DNA of 64,000 nucleotides from Tubiluchus corallicola (GCA_030141605.1 JAQGDQ010000195.1:62001-126000), one strand, 5' to 3'; counted from the stretch's first letter, positions 24,729 through 37,106 are shown. A program made the numbers and translations. Notes: generated by a model from the sequence alone, not told the origin.

Positions 24729-25877
24729 GTCCAAGAATGACTAGGGAAGGAAGAAGCGAAGTACATGGGGCGAAAGAGAATTCAAAAAGAAAAAGAAAAA
24801 CTAGTAAAAAGAGGGCTGGCAAAAATACCGAGTATATGCAGTACATGTTTTGCAAGCTCCCCAAGAATGTTTAATAAGCATAATGTTTGCTGCAATAAAG
24901 TGTGTATACAATGTTTATTAATAGTGAAAAATTACCTTCAAATTTTAATAAAAGTGTTTTATTAATTTATCTGTGACTGACAATTCACCCAACAAGATTT
25001 ACGTATTCATGAATCTACAATTAACAATGAAATATTTTTTAAACATAATTTTTCGATTGTGATTATATATTTACAGCGTTTAGAATTAACACCATTAATT
25101 TTTCGGTCAGAACAAGGTCAAGTTAACAGCAGCGAAGAAAAGAAACATATTCAAGCGACTGAAACTCAAATTCCATCTTCCATATAGTTAAAGGCAATAA
25201 TGCAAGTTTATTATAAGTGCGTCTAGGAAAGCACTCAGTTATCACACATTGGATGGTTTACAATGCATAACAAGCCACAAAAAATGCACAATGAGGCCAA
25301 TATGTTACATCAGACACGTTATGCAACTTGTTCGCTTAAGCTTAATACTAGTTTTACCTAAATTTACTTCGAATAAATATACTTCAAAACAAAATAAAGT
25401 ACCTTTCCATATATAAATTTGTTTTCGATTCATCTTTTTGTCTTAGGAAAACTTGGCCATGTCATGCGTTTTGTAGCGTGAGTTTGCAAATTGAAAAAAG
25501 AAACAATTGTAGGTATAGAGCCTTCCAAAACCGTTTAGAATAAGACACGACAGCAAACAGACGTCATTAAGTTATTTTGAGTGCCTGCATCGTTATTGTT
25601 AAACGCTATTTTTCATATAAATGTTTTAAACCATCATCACAAAAATAGTAACAACATGAAAAGTTTGTTATTTTTGCCCACGTTTTATGTAGGCAAAACA
25701 TAGACAATCGAAATTGCAAAAGCCATCATGACCAAGCTAAAAAATAAGCACGTGTTCGACCATTTAAAATTTCTATGCAGGATATAGCGTCTAGCATAAC
25801 GTGCAAGAAATATATCGGTTAGGCAAGTAATTCCAGTTGTAGACTATGTAGAATTGAGAGACAAGTCTGTGTGTGGT

Positions 25878-25939
25878 TCACTCTGCAAACAGCTTTTTTA
25901 GAAACTCGGCCAGTTCCACCTGATCAATAGAATGGCTGC
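25878..25939 (-). CDS. Mip: MIP/allatostatin-B-like neuropeptide precursor, last coding exon (completes EF-hand: G|SHSIDQVELAEFLKKLFAE*)
   Basis: Strong acceptor CATTTTTTTCGTTTTAG (AG at 25941-25940), phase-1 compatible with the donor at 31917. The join reads DLDTDGSHSIDQVELAEFL and ends at TGA 25880-25878. This exon is not in the ORF track. Confidence 0.82.
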
Positions 25940-26021
25940 CTAAAACGAAAAAAATGTTGCTAAAGATAAGAATACACTCTTCATAAATAAAGTTTGAAAA
26001 ACTCGTCTTCAAATTTTATGT

Positions 26022-26470
26022 CGCTTACATGCTGTCTTATTGCATACAGAGCTTGCACTAGCAGTAACGTTGTACAAAACTAGTGAATTAAACTCCCGTA
26101 ATGACTGTTAATCACAGGTATTTTAACGGTAATTCGTTTGAAAAATGTTTAGATAGCATTAGCTTACATTGCTCAAAGTTTGAAAAAAACAATCAGAGCA
26201 TTCGTAGCACACTCTTGACTAACTAAACAAAATTTTTAAAAAACGTTAGGTTGTCAATAAAATTGTGTGTTTTTGGTGAATACATAGTGCGCACTGGGAT
26301 AGCGATGTAGTGACGTTTTACCAGGTGGCGCGAACATTTAAAATTATTAGGAATTTTCCAATTACTTAAGTCTTTCAAACAGGTAAGCGTAATGTTAAGT
26401 AAATCAACTTTGTTTGGAAAGTTCTTTAGGATATGCGTGTATTTTGAAATCCCCCTTTCTTTCCCTTTAA
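26022..26470 (+). mobile_element. Dispersed repeat family A (non-autonomous DNA transposon, ends CCCTTTAA, possibly Kolobok-like)
   Basis: Colinear with 39413-39838 (same strand) and with 34380-34700 and 46970-47220 (opposite strand). Shared blocks include AATCAGAGCATTCG and GCGAACATTT. Confidence 0.7.
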
Positions 26471-28934
26471 TTATAAAGGCGTTTACAACTGCCGTTTAGT
26501 TTGTGTTTTCGTTCACTAGGCGACGCTAGTAACAAGTACACAGAACACCTACGAGCGTCAGCTTGGGTCCTAAAAATCCGATGATTCAGTTACTCACCCA
26601 CTCTGTCCGTCACTCTTTTTCAACTTCAAAAATATTATTTCATTCATCCAAGTTAGTTGTATAATTTTTGAGATAAATTTTTAAAAGCGGGCTTAATAAC
26701 CCTACCACAATAACAGTTCATTTGTGGCAGTTTAAACTCTAAGGAGAATGACACAAAATTTTTATGTCAAACCTAAGTTTATCAACTAAGTATTTAATTC
26801 CTATAATTAAAAGAAAATTTTACAAAATAACAAATAGAACTCTGACGATATATATATATATATATATACTTGCGGATGCGTTATAGGAAAAGACTGGTAG
26901 GTGTGAAATTACGTTTTATTTGCATGCAAAATTAAATTAAATTATTTGATTTCAAAAATTAGTTTCTAAGGCAACTCCAAAAAATTCAGTTAGTCTGACT
27001 CTTGTTAGTATAACACGTTCTATCTTTCTACCGACCTTTGTTGCCTGTTAGCGTATTCATAACAGGTAAATATTAATGATTTATTGCACTTTGCATTATG
27101 GTATCCGATACAAGAAAGACAATTTCAATACAAATTCGAACAATAGGTCTACATTCATACTGTAATGTTTGTTTTACATTTTATGGGGTTAATGATACTA
27201 TCAAATGTTTACTTTTTTAAGTTTCTTGGGAAAACATTAGTGTGTACGTGCAAAAACGTTTCCAGTTTACCTTGTTACATTTTTATACAAATTGGGTAAA
27301 AAATCTCGGTTCCATGACACAGTTAAAAAGGGTTTATTTTTTGTGTTCAGTCTGGATACTACTTTTATATGATATTAAATTCTTTCTACTATAATAGTTA
27401 CAGAACGTAACGGCCAAGCTACGTTGCACCTGCGCGTTAGGGAAAAACAAGATATCTTCATATTGAAAACAAGTGTGTTTAAAACTCTATTTTCATAATG
27501 GGAAGGGATACGCGATACGAGAAAAGTTGGAGAACTTGCCAGATTAAAAAATTTTCTCTCGTCCTACACAAAAATGTTCGTTCAACAAACTGCCGTGCAG
27601 ACTCGAAGTCACGTGACCAGCGTCACGCACGGACGCACAACCACGTCATAGTGATACCCTTGAGGTCGCTATCATCATAAAATTTTAGCGAAATTCTATT
27701 TCAGGCTTTATTATTTATCAAAATGTTAGTTTTCTTTTTTACCTTCTACTCCTACGTTCAACGCAGAATAACTTTTAGCAGTTTTTGTTTTATTGATGTC
27801 ATATTGTCGTTCAGGTAAGGCATAAAATTGTAATTGTTACTGGCGCACGGGGCCGTTGCTTCGCAGCCAGCGCTACCGCTGCTGTTTTTAAACATCTTTT
27901 TTTGTACTTAATTTAAACGAAAAGACTCATCACTTAGCATATTCAGTTTATTTTACCGCTATTACTTAAAATATAGCAAAGAAAATTGCAAAAAACTGTC
28001 TATAAAGCATGAAGTTTAAGGAAGAACCAACCCCCGAAAAACATTTATTGCAATTTAATATACAATTATGAATATTGAAATCACCACACACGATATGCGC
28101 ATAAAATGCATTGCTCAAAAATGTAAAAAATTTAAATATTTTTTGTCTCCCGCCAAACGAACGTCGCTACCTGCGTATTTGAAAAAAATGACGTAAGCTG
28201 TAACTGCTGGGCAGCGTGAATGCTGTGAAAGCAAGCTCTGTGAAGGTACGCGTTGAGAAATTTCGGCAGTTTACTCAGGAGTTCAGTTATTCTAGCGTTG
28301 TATTTAGCTGTGTAAAAATTAGTCATTTGATCAATTATGACCAAGATTAAAGTGGTTACGTAGCTTTAACTCACAGGATTATACCGTAAAATGTGCAAGT
28401 AGTATACATTAATTGCGTAAATGTAATTAATTTACAGACTTTTGTTGACTTTCAGATACAAATGTAAACTTGCGCGCATACAGTAGGTACCGGGTGGGTT
28501 ACTTAGTTCGTAGAGTTCGCTCTATAAGATAAAAAAGATTGCTGAAGCACTTGGCAGAATAAGTGTTTATATTGCACGGTAACCAGATGACGCCATTTTT
28601 CACCAAAATGAGCGCGAGCAAGCGTGAAGTGATTGCGATTTTAAATTGAAATTGTTAATTACACGAAGCGCTTATTACAATTTCATTGCTTAAACTTTCT
28701 AACATTTTTCTCAAATATTAGAATAAGCTCAATCTTCCCCAGAGATTTAGCTTTTGCTTAAAATTATGTTACCACTGTGAGGAAATTTCAGTCGCTGCTA
28801 ACTGGTGGACTTCGTAACTGTTCGTAAACGGCTAAACGCATCATGACTTCGAAAGCGCCTGCTTCTGCAGCTTACGGTTACCTAATGTTCAATGTGGCGT
28901 GCAACAATATCACAAAGCAATCAAATTTTTTGTA

Positions 28935-29380
28935 CTAAGATACCAAGATTCTTTCTAGTCTCAGAAATTAAGATTGCAAAAATGAAGGAGATATTTCAAT
29001 TAAATTCGGCAATGTAATACCTCGACAAAGCTAGTCTTTTTGTCCAATATGGACTACGATTCTAATAACTCTCAGAAATAATGATTCCAACTAAAATAAA
29101 GAAGATATTTCAAATAAATTTAGGAACCTGATACCTCAACACAACTACTCTTATTTTTTCCAACATGGACTAAGAAAGTCATTCGAATCTCAAAAATAAA
29201 GATTGCAAAAGTAAAGGCGATATTTCAATTAAATTAAGCAGCGTGACATTTTAACGTAGCTAGCTTTATTTGCCTTCTTTCATGGAGTTTTTGTATCCCA
29301 GAAATGGGGTTGACTTAAAATAAAGGAGGTATGTAATTTAAATTTAGTGACCTCATACATGCATTCGGCTAGTCTTATTT
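28935..29380. repeat. Diverged ~115-bp tandem repeat x~4
   Basis: CTCAGAAAT...GATATTTCAATTAAATT...CTAGTCTT recurs. Confidence 0.65.
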
Positions 29381-29829
29381 TTCTTCGGGTGATCTTCAAT
29401 CTGCCCAGCAGCCGTATTATGAGCATCATTAGTTTGTAGGCATCATTAGGTTAGTAGGTATACAAAACCCTAGCAGGTGCAGATCTGTAATTATTGTTGC
29501 TGTGTCTCTTTTAAACGCCGCTGCGCAATGTTATGGAAAATAAAGACTGTGGAAGATTATTATATACCCTAAACCGTATCATTTTCAGTTTTTGATACAA
29601 TATCTTCAATTAGCGCACGCTACAAAACTTCAGCTTTTTATACGGGAATAAAGGTTCTCTATAGTAAGCCAATTACTCGCATTAAAGCACCATTAGTACG
29701 GTGAAATGCAAGCTGGATTAGCAGAAATACGAGTAATATTAAACTTTGCTTACTGGTAATGAAGATAATGACAAATATATTATAACCCTAATAATGAAAT
29801 ACCGCTATTATACCGGTCCGGTGTGATAT

Positions 29830-30130
29830 ACAGCCTTTTACAAAGGGGTATAGAAACAAAAGTTCGAGGTCATCCAAATCCATTCCTGGTTGCTAAAATA
29901 GTTAAGGCACATTGTCTCCACGTTTTATTACATGGCACTGAATTATGTCAGGAATTTGTAAGCTTTATGGTATGGAATAACGTATATAGAGAAATTTGGT
30001 ACTTGTACTCACGTAGAAATCACGTAGTCTACGTACTACAGTACTTTCGGTTAATCCTTTTCCATTCCATGTATACTGGGAATAGAGAGCAAGAGGACTA
30101 TTACAGTCATAAAATGTTTTAATTAATCGT
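29830..30130 (+). mobile_element. LINE ORF2 fragment
   Basis: KIVKAHCLHVLLHGTELC...VWNNVYREIW resembles the CLPxLLYGxELW...WNNxxRKIF motif of non-LTR retrotransposons. Confidence 0.55.
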
Positions 30131-30654
30131 ATTGCATTTCATTATTATCATGGGTAATCCGAGTTTTGGAAGAAATGTGTGGAATTCAGAATATAAGTTT
30201 GATTTAATAATTGGCAACTCAACGAAAGAAACTGTCAGATCTGTAGACATTCGTCACTTTATGAGCAGTATGAACAATATGAATCAATTAATGTGATCAA
30301 AAATTTGTATGAAGCAAATGTGTACAGAAGTTTCATGGCAGTACAATTAATTTTACATTTTTCTAAAAACCTCCATTTTTGTACTAACGCGTTTTAAACT
30401 ATTTACCTACAAATTAGTTCTCTTATAAATATGTTTATAGTCCTTGCTTGTTTTTAATAGTACATTTTATTTTTTTCTTGTGTGTCGCATATTTTAATAC
30501 AGGAGCTGTACTTTTTGTAGGTAAGAAAGTCAATAAACAAATAATAAAAGTGCTAATGCAGAACAATCTATTACATCAACGTGCTGCTGAAACAATAGAA
30601 GCTATCGTACCCAAAGCCTCAATTCAATTGTCTTGTTCAGTCGGCAAGCTATAT

Positions 30655-30937
30655 GGATCGTTCAGACTGGCGAGTTTTCTGCGTGAATTTTCTCTGTGTG
30701 AACTGCTTTGCGAGTTACTGGCAAGAAATTGTGAACTCTACGAAACTTGCTGCGGATTACTTTCCTGCGAGTTACTATCTAGTATGAAAGCGTCGGCGTG
30801 TTACTCTCGGCACTTCTCGTAGTAAAGAGAGAGAGGAGAGTGACAGCTCACGCTTACTGTCGGAGAGTTACTGAACGTGCTTGCAAGTTACTTGGTGATT
30901 TACTTTTGCGAAACAAACTCGCTAGTCTGAACGCGTC
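30655..30937. mobile_element. MITE with ~19-bp TIR
   Basis: CGTTCAGACTGGCGAGTTT (30659) and AAACTCGCTAGTCTGAACG (30915-30933) are inverted with 18/19 identity. GCGAGTTACT modules repeat internally. Confidence 0.7.
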
Positions 30938-31126
30938 GTGAGGATATGGCAGAACAGCGGACTCGCACAAGTCAAGATCCTCCAACAGGTCTCGCTGATG
31001 TTTCACAAAATTTTCTATTGAATACTATGAACTATGAATACTATGGCTATGGCATAACTTTTTGGGTCATCTAAGCGTCAACTGTGTCTTTCAGTGGTGC
31101 GTTAGGTATAGCTGAAGTATAGTATA

Positions 31127-31860
31127 CTCTAATCTAATCTAGTCTAGTCTAGTCTAATCTAATCGAATCGAATCGAATCGAATCTAATCTAATCTAATCT
31201 AATCTAATCTAATCTAATCTAATCTAATCTAATCTAATCTAATCTAATCTAATCTAATCTAATCTAATCTAATCTAATCTAATCTAATCTAATCTAATCT
31301 AATCTAATCTAATCTAATCTAATCTAATCTAATCTAATCTAATCTAATCTAATCTAATCTAATCTAATCTAATCTAATCTAATCTAATCTAATCTAATCT
31401 AATCTAATCTAATCTAATCTAATCTAATCTAATCTAATCTAATCTAATCTAATCTAATCTAATCTAATCTAATCTAATCTAATCTAATCTAATCTAATCT
31501 AATCTAATCTAATCTAATCTAATCTAATCTAATCTAATCTAATCTAATCTAATCTAATCTAATCTAATCTAATCTAATCTAATCTAACCTAACCTAAGCT
31601 AAGCTAAGCTAAGCTAAGCTAAGCTAGGTAAGGTAAGGTAATGTAATGTAATGTAATGTAATGTAATGTAATGTAATGTAATGTAATGTAATCTAATCTA
31701 ATCTAATCTAATCTAATCTAATCTATTCTAATCTAATCTAATTTAAGCAAGGCTAAGCTAAGCCAACCTAACCTAACCCAATCTACTCTAATCTTATCTT
31801 ATTTTGTATAATGTAATCTAGTCTAATCGAATCTAATGTAACCAATTTATTCTAATCTAG
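31127..31860. repeat. (AATCT)n pentanucleotide array with variant blocks (AATCG, AAGCT, AATGT, AACCT)
   Basis: About 730 bp, starting about 57 bp into the intron from the neuropeptide donor site. Confidence 0.97.
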
Positions 31861-31917
31861 ATTTTCTTCCTTCGATTGTTACATTGCAACCAACCACAGT
31901 AACAGTAAAGGTCTTAC

Positions 31918-32515
31918 CGTCTGTATCAAGGTCCTGCATTAGTTGTCGAGACATTTGGTACTCTATTGGTGACACTTCAATTTCTGATCGTTTTCCGAAG
32001 GCCGATCCTAAACTGTTCCATCCTCGTTTACCGAATGCCGAACCTAAACTGTTCCAACTTCGTTTACCGAATGCCGATCCGAGCGAGTTCCATCCCCGTT
32101 TTCCGAAGGCCGATCCCAAACTGTTCCATCCCCGTTTTCCGAACGCCGATCCCAAACTGTTCCAGCTGCGTTTGCCGAACGCCGAGCCGAGCGAGTTCCA
32201 ACCACGTTTTCCGAAAGCCGATCCCAGACTGTTCCAACCTCGTCGTTCTCTGTCCTGATCGAGTTCCTCTGATTCGCGTTTACCGAAAGCCGATCCGAGG
32301 GAATTCCAGCCTCGTTTGACCTCAGGCTCGACATCAGTCCAACTACGCTTACCAAAAGCAGCGGCTAGGTCATTCCAACCACCCCGCTTTTCGACATCAC
32401 TATCACTATTCGATAATTGTTCTTGCTCCTGTCCTTCGCTTTTTTTGGCAAGTACTACAAATGCATATAACATGAAAATGCCAATAGTTGTGAATAATCG
32501 TTGTGAATCAGCCAT
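31918..32515 (-). CDS. Mip: MIP/allatostatin-B-like (W-X6-F-amide) neuropeptide precursor, main coding exon
   Basis: ATG at 32515 and signal peptide MADSQRLFTTIGIFMLYAFVVLA, with acidic spacers. There are nine KR/RR-[peptide]-G-KR units. An upstream acceptor TTTTTGTTTAG (AG at 32552-32551) gives 35 nt of 5'UTR in this exon. The donor is GACG|GTAAGA at 31917. Differences between repeats are nearly all synonymous. Confidence 0.93.
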
Positions 32516-33770
32516 ATTGCCTTTTCGTATGCGTGTGAGCGGCCTTTTACCTAAACAAAAAGCAAAAAACAATAATATATTATCAAAGCACGACGTTGGA
32601 TTCTAGAAACGTTAAACAAAACTGTTTTTGTAAAAATTATGTTTATAAGCCAAACAAATAGATTTTCTTATATTTTTGGTAGGTAGTGCTAAATATTGAA
32701 CAGTACAAAAGACTCGAAACACGCGTAAAAAGGATTATTAGTTTCATACACGTAATTCTTTTTCATACTTATTGCATAATCGCTGTTTTACTCGGATTTC
32801 TCGTCAGCATCTCTCCTCCCGACTCTTACAGCCATAGTCTTGCAGCACCATCTATCGTTTAAAATACGTGTTATTTTTCGCTCAGTTTAATGACTTTTCA
32901 ATTATTCTAATTTTGTAAAAAGACACCAGACACCGTTGGAAATTCTCACAAACGATAACTAAAATTTTAGTTAAACTGAGTCCTTACTCACTCCTGGAGT
33001 AGCCTATTTGCCTCGGCTCCTATGAATAGGCTACCGCTAGGAAGATACTTGAGGAGAATAAGGGCGCAAGCTACACTAAATAGCGATTGTTGTGAGAATT
33101 TCCAATTGCGTCTCGTTACAATTACTGCAATCCAGCATGCGTGAGATTATGGCGAAGACGCAACTGATTGTTGACTATTTCATCTTTGACATTTTTGCAA
33201 ATCTCTCGCGGCGGTTACACGCGCATGCGCACGTCTTCATAGTAAAAACACCATCAGAACAATTGGTTACCTTTGTAAAAATGGCAAAATAACAAAAGCA
33301 ACAAAGGCCTAGTCAACACAGAAAATTAAATTCTGTCTCTCTGTAATGAAATCACGCAACACATAATTCAGTTTTACTACCGTTTCCATTCACAGATCAA
33401 TATTGGCGAGACAAAATTCTGATTGCTTTGTTTTGTTTAGATTTACTGTAACACTTTGTTTACTATTTACAGGATGGTACATAACCTTTTGCTAAGAGTC
33501 TTGGGGTGCCGACACAGTGAGTAACGGTAGAGACCGTTTACAACGTCAAAGAATTGTTGAATAATATTTAGTATCATAGTTTTCTTTTTCCGTTTTTTTG
33601 TGCATAGTTGTAAATATGTTTGATTTTATTCGTCATCACTGCACAGTAGTTTAGATTGCACTGACGCATTTGCCTTCAGCAGTGTAAGTTTTTATTAACT
33701 TACACTGATTGATTATCTCTGTAAAGTTTTTATCAGTGATTATCAATGTGTTTTAATGGCAAATAAAGAT

Positions 33771-33806
<36 letters not shown>

Positions 33807-33809
33807 CGT

Positions 33810-34100
33810 TGAAGGCCCCGTGCAAGTCGCAAAGCCTTGCAAAGCCAATGAAAGCCAGTATGATCAGAACAGTGACCTGAAAATTCTGGGATTATTTTTT
33901 CAATTGAGGAGAATGGCCTGGGAATTCTCTAGACCTCAACACCGCCAAACACCTCGGAGCTATCCTGAAAGACAAAGCGGACGTTCAGTCGCTTAGTTGA
34001 GCAAAGAACACGCAATAGTCAGTATTCAAATATGAATCTTATGCAACATCTGCGAGATTTCTTGGAGGATCTTGCATTTTTCCAGCCACTGCTCTGCCAT
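33810..34100 (+). mobile_element. Tc1/mariner transposase fragment
   Basis: From 33911 it reads EWPGNSLDLNTAKHLGAILKDK, matching the WPxxSPDLNPIExxW motif. It abuts a (TA)n run. Confidence 0.7.
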
Positions 34101-34379
34101 ACGCTTAAAGGACAAGAAAAGGGGTACGCGAAGTAGGTTTCAGAAAAATCGCCTTAAAATGTTATGTTACTTTACAGCATTTTTATGCATGTATCGTACT
34201 CGCGTTGGAAGGTTTTTTGTTTTTTTTTCATTTTAAATCTCCCTCATTACTGTTCTGAAGTCGCCATTACATGACGCCACCTACGTAAACATAATTCGGG
34301 CGAAGAAAAGGAAACGCAAAATTATGTTCTAAAAACTTTGTATCACTGTATTACTGTATTACTTAGCATTTCACTTACT

Positions 34380-34700
34380 TGCTAGAAAGACTTACGTAAC
34401 TAGAAATAACATTTTAAAATGTTCGTGCCAATTGGAAAAATGTTGCTGACTCCAGGGTGCGCCACTCACTAGCCAAAAACGTTTTAATCTTATCGACTAG
34501 ATACAGTAATTTCAAATTTTACTTATTTAGTAACGTGTGTGCTACGAATGCTCTGATTATTTTTTCAAACTTAACGTTATGGTGTCTAAACTTGTTTCAA
34601 ACGACCTACCATTAAAATGGCTGCGCCTAACGGTCATCGCGGAGTTTAAATTTACAAATTTTATGCAGCGTTACTGTCGACGCAAGCCCTGCATGCAATT
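34380..34700 (-). mobile_element. Dispersed repeat family A copy
   Basis: Reverse-complement match to 26022-26470 (CGAATGCTCTGATT, AAAATGTTCGTGC). Confidence 0.65.
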
Positions 34701-35428
34701 TATATGAATTTTCAAGACGAATTTTAATCCTTATGTAAGTGGAGGGTTTTCCTGTGCTTTAAGCTTGCTGACTCTCGGCGCTTATACAATTTCTTGGGCA
34801 TGATAGATTCGCTTTCAGCAACACTTTGATGTAATAAATTGTTCTGTACTAATACCGCTGTTTCTGTAGGAATAGGCCATGTATCACCCCGATGTCCGTA
34901 TTTCATTATTTAGGCTAGGTATTGCTATTGTCTTTGTCAAGCAAAAAAGTTTAAAATTGCCCAACTTTTTGCTAGTCCAGCTCACGTTCACCAGTTTTCT
35001 GTGCATAAGAAATAAAATGATGAAAGAGCATAGCAACTATGACTTTAGTCAACCTGATCACTCGCCATACATATATCAATCCATTTTAATGTAGTTGTCG
35101 TGGTACGTCTTGCATGCATAAGCGAAGGAAGTTACAACCCGAGGCTAAAAAAGCCTGATATTAGCGGGCGTGCAGAGTGTGACTAAATAAGCTGTTAATC
35201 AAGCTAGTGTAGCTGTCATCCCCAGATTAATAAAGTGTTAGACACGACGCAGAACATTAGAAAAAACAGAGTTAGGGTGGAAAAGCCGAGTAAAATTCAT
35301 TTTTCAGCAACTCTTGATTATGTACTTCCCGGTGTGGGCAAAGGCTGGACTGACTTGCTTAAGACAGCTTGGAGTTAGCTGCACTAACATCAAATGATTT
35401 TCGGACGATAATCCAAATAACTACAAAC

Positions 35429-35479
35429 CCTCTCCCTCCCTCCCTACCTCCCTCCCTCCCTCCTCCGCCCTCTCTCTCT

Positions 35480-35554
<75 letters not shown>

Positions 35555-35739
35555 CCTCCCTCCCTCTCTCTCTCCCTCCCCTCTCTCTCTCTCTCTCTCT
35601 CTCCTTCTCTCTCTCGTTCTCTCTCTCTCTCTCTCTCTACTTTCTCTCTCTCGTTCTCTCGTTCTCTCTCTCTCTCGTTCTCTCTCTCCTTTCCTCCCCC
35701 TCTCTCTCTCTCTCTCTCTCCCTCCTCTCTCTCTCTCTC
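35429..35739. repeat. (CT)n/(CCCT)n tract
   Basis: Direct reading. Confidence 0.95.
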
Positions 35740-35819
35740 CATCATCCTAAACAAAAGCTAAACAAAATGAGAAAAAGAAACCAGATAAAAAGAGAAACGC
35801 AAACAGGAGAAAAGGTAAA

Positions 35820-35867
35820 AGAAGAAGAAGAAGAAGAAGAAGAAGAAGAAAATGATGATGATGATGG

Positions 35868-35920
<53 letters not shown>

Positions 35921-36186
35921 TATGACAGCTAGTTAGCAATATGCTTATGTAAGGAAAATTTTTCGATGGATCCTGATCAATGATTTACACATTTGACACA
36001 AAAGGCTGATGATGACTGTAACGATAACGATAATGATGACGACGTCAGCAGTGACAACAACGGCAATTATGATGAAGGTAATGGTGATGCTGATGTCAAT
36101 GATGATAGTAATGATGACGATAATAATGACAACGACGATGACACTTATGCCGATGATAATGATAACGATGATGACAACAGCGACAG
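35820..36186. repeat. (GAA)n-(GAT)n microsatellite followed by degenerate GAT/GAC/AAT triplets
   Basis: Direct reading. Confidence 0.9.
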
Positions 36187-37106
36187 TTATTTCTGCATTT
36201 TACGATTGTCGTCAATAGACCGTCAACAGCCGTTTTGCACTTGAATTGAATCTATGCAAAATTAAACGTCTCCCAGCTTTTCAGTAATGGCCTTAGACAT
36301 GCAAGTGAATTTCATCTTCTGGTTAATATTACGTAACTTTGCCAGCGCTTCAAAGAAAATAAACACGATTAACATTCACTAGAAATTTTATTCGCTCTAC
36401 AATAATCAGCTTAGCTTTAAGCAAAACCTATATTATTGCTAGCATCATTTTTAATTAACGTAATTTCTGGAAGACGCATGGGTGCACAGATGTGCATTGT
36501 GCACGCACTCGCGCGTAATACACTTTAATATCGCGAAAGTTCTGATTATTGTGCAATGGTCAATTATATGCTGACAGTTAAAGACATTTTTGCAAGAAAA
36601 AAATTAATGGAAATGTACGTGCTCGTGGCTAAATCATTGGTGAAAAAGTAAAACGAAAAATTTACAAATAGACAAGATTCGTCACAAATAAATCATTGAT
36701 GACACTGCATTTCAACAAGCGAGTATGCAAGTACAGGGTGGCCAAAAGAGAGTGACTAAAACACGCGATATGGGAAAGCTTTTCTTCTAAAAACAAGTCT
36801 TCAAATACCACTAACCGCTGCCTAATTGGGTATTAAAAAACTTGCATTTTCAGTAATTTTCAGTGGAGATGCGCTACTCCCCCTTTATAGAATGCGCCCT
36901 AATTTTGCTGGCAATAAGGCCCCAAGGTTCGAGGAGTAAAGTGAACAACTAAAATCGAAAGGAGAAATTCGTCTCGCGGAATGTGAAAATTATTATGCAG
37001 TAATTAAAATGTCGATAGGACGCCCGAGGGAGGGAAGCTTCCTTGAAACTCGATGGTGCGTTGTTGAGGAAAGTTTCACGAAACTTTTGCCTCTAGTTGT
37101 TGTTCT

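Noticed and set aside
28840-28881. Alternative terminal exon (G-NRKLQKQALSKS*)
   Set aside because: The acceptor is weak with no pyrimidine tract, and it lacks EF-hand positions 9 and 12. The 25939 exon fits much better.
31847-32572. Track ORF of 241 aa taken as the full single-exon precursor
   Set aside because: The first 19 codons span an intron acceptor and 5'UTR (the track start is not ATG; the real ATG is 32515). The last 23 codons lie beyond a consensus GTAAGA donor and run into the AATCT repeat.
31884-32606. Overlapping plus-strand and alternate-frame ORFs (PKLFHPR repeats etc.)
   Set aside because: These are antisense or off-frame shadows of the neuropeptide repeats.
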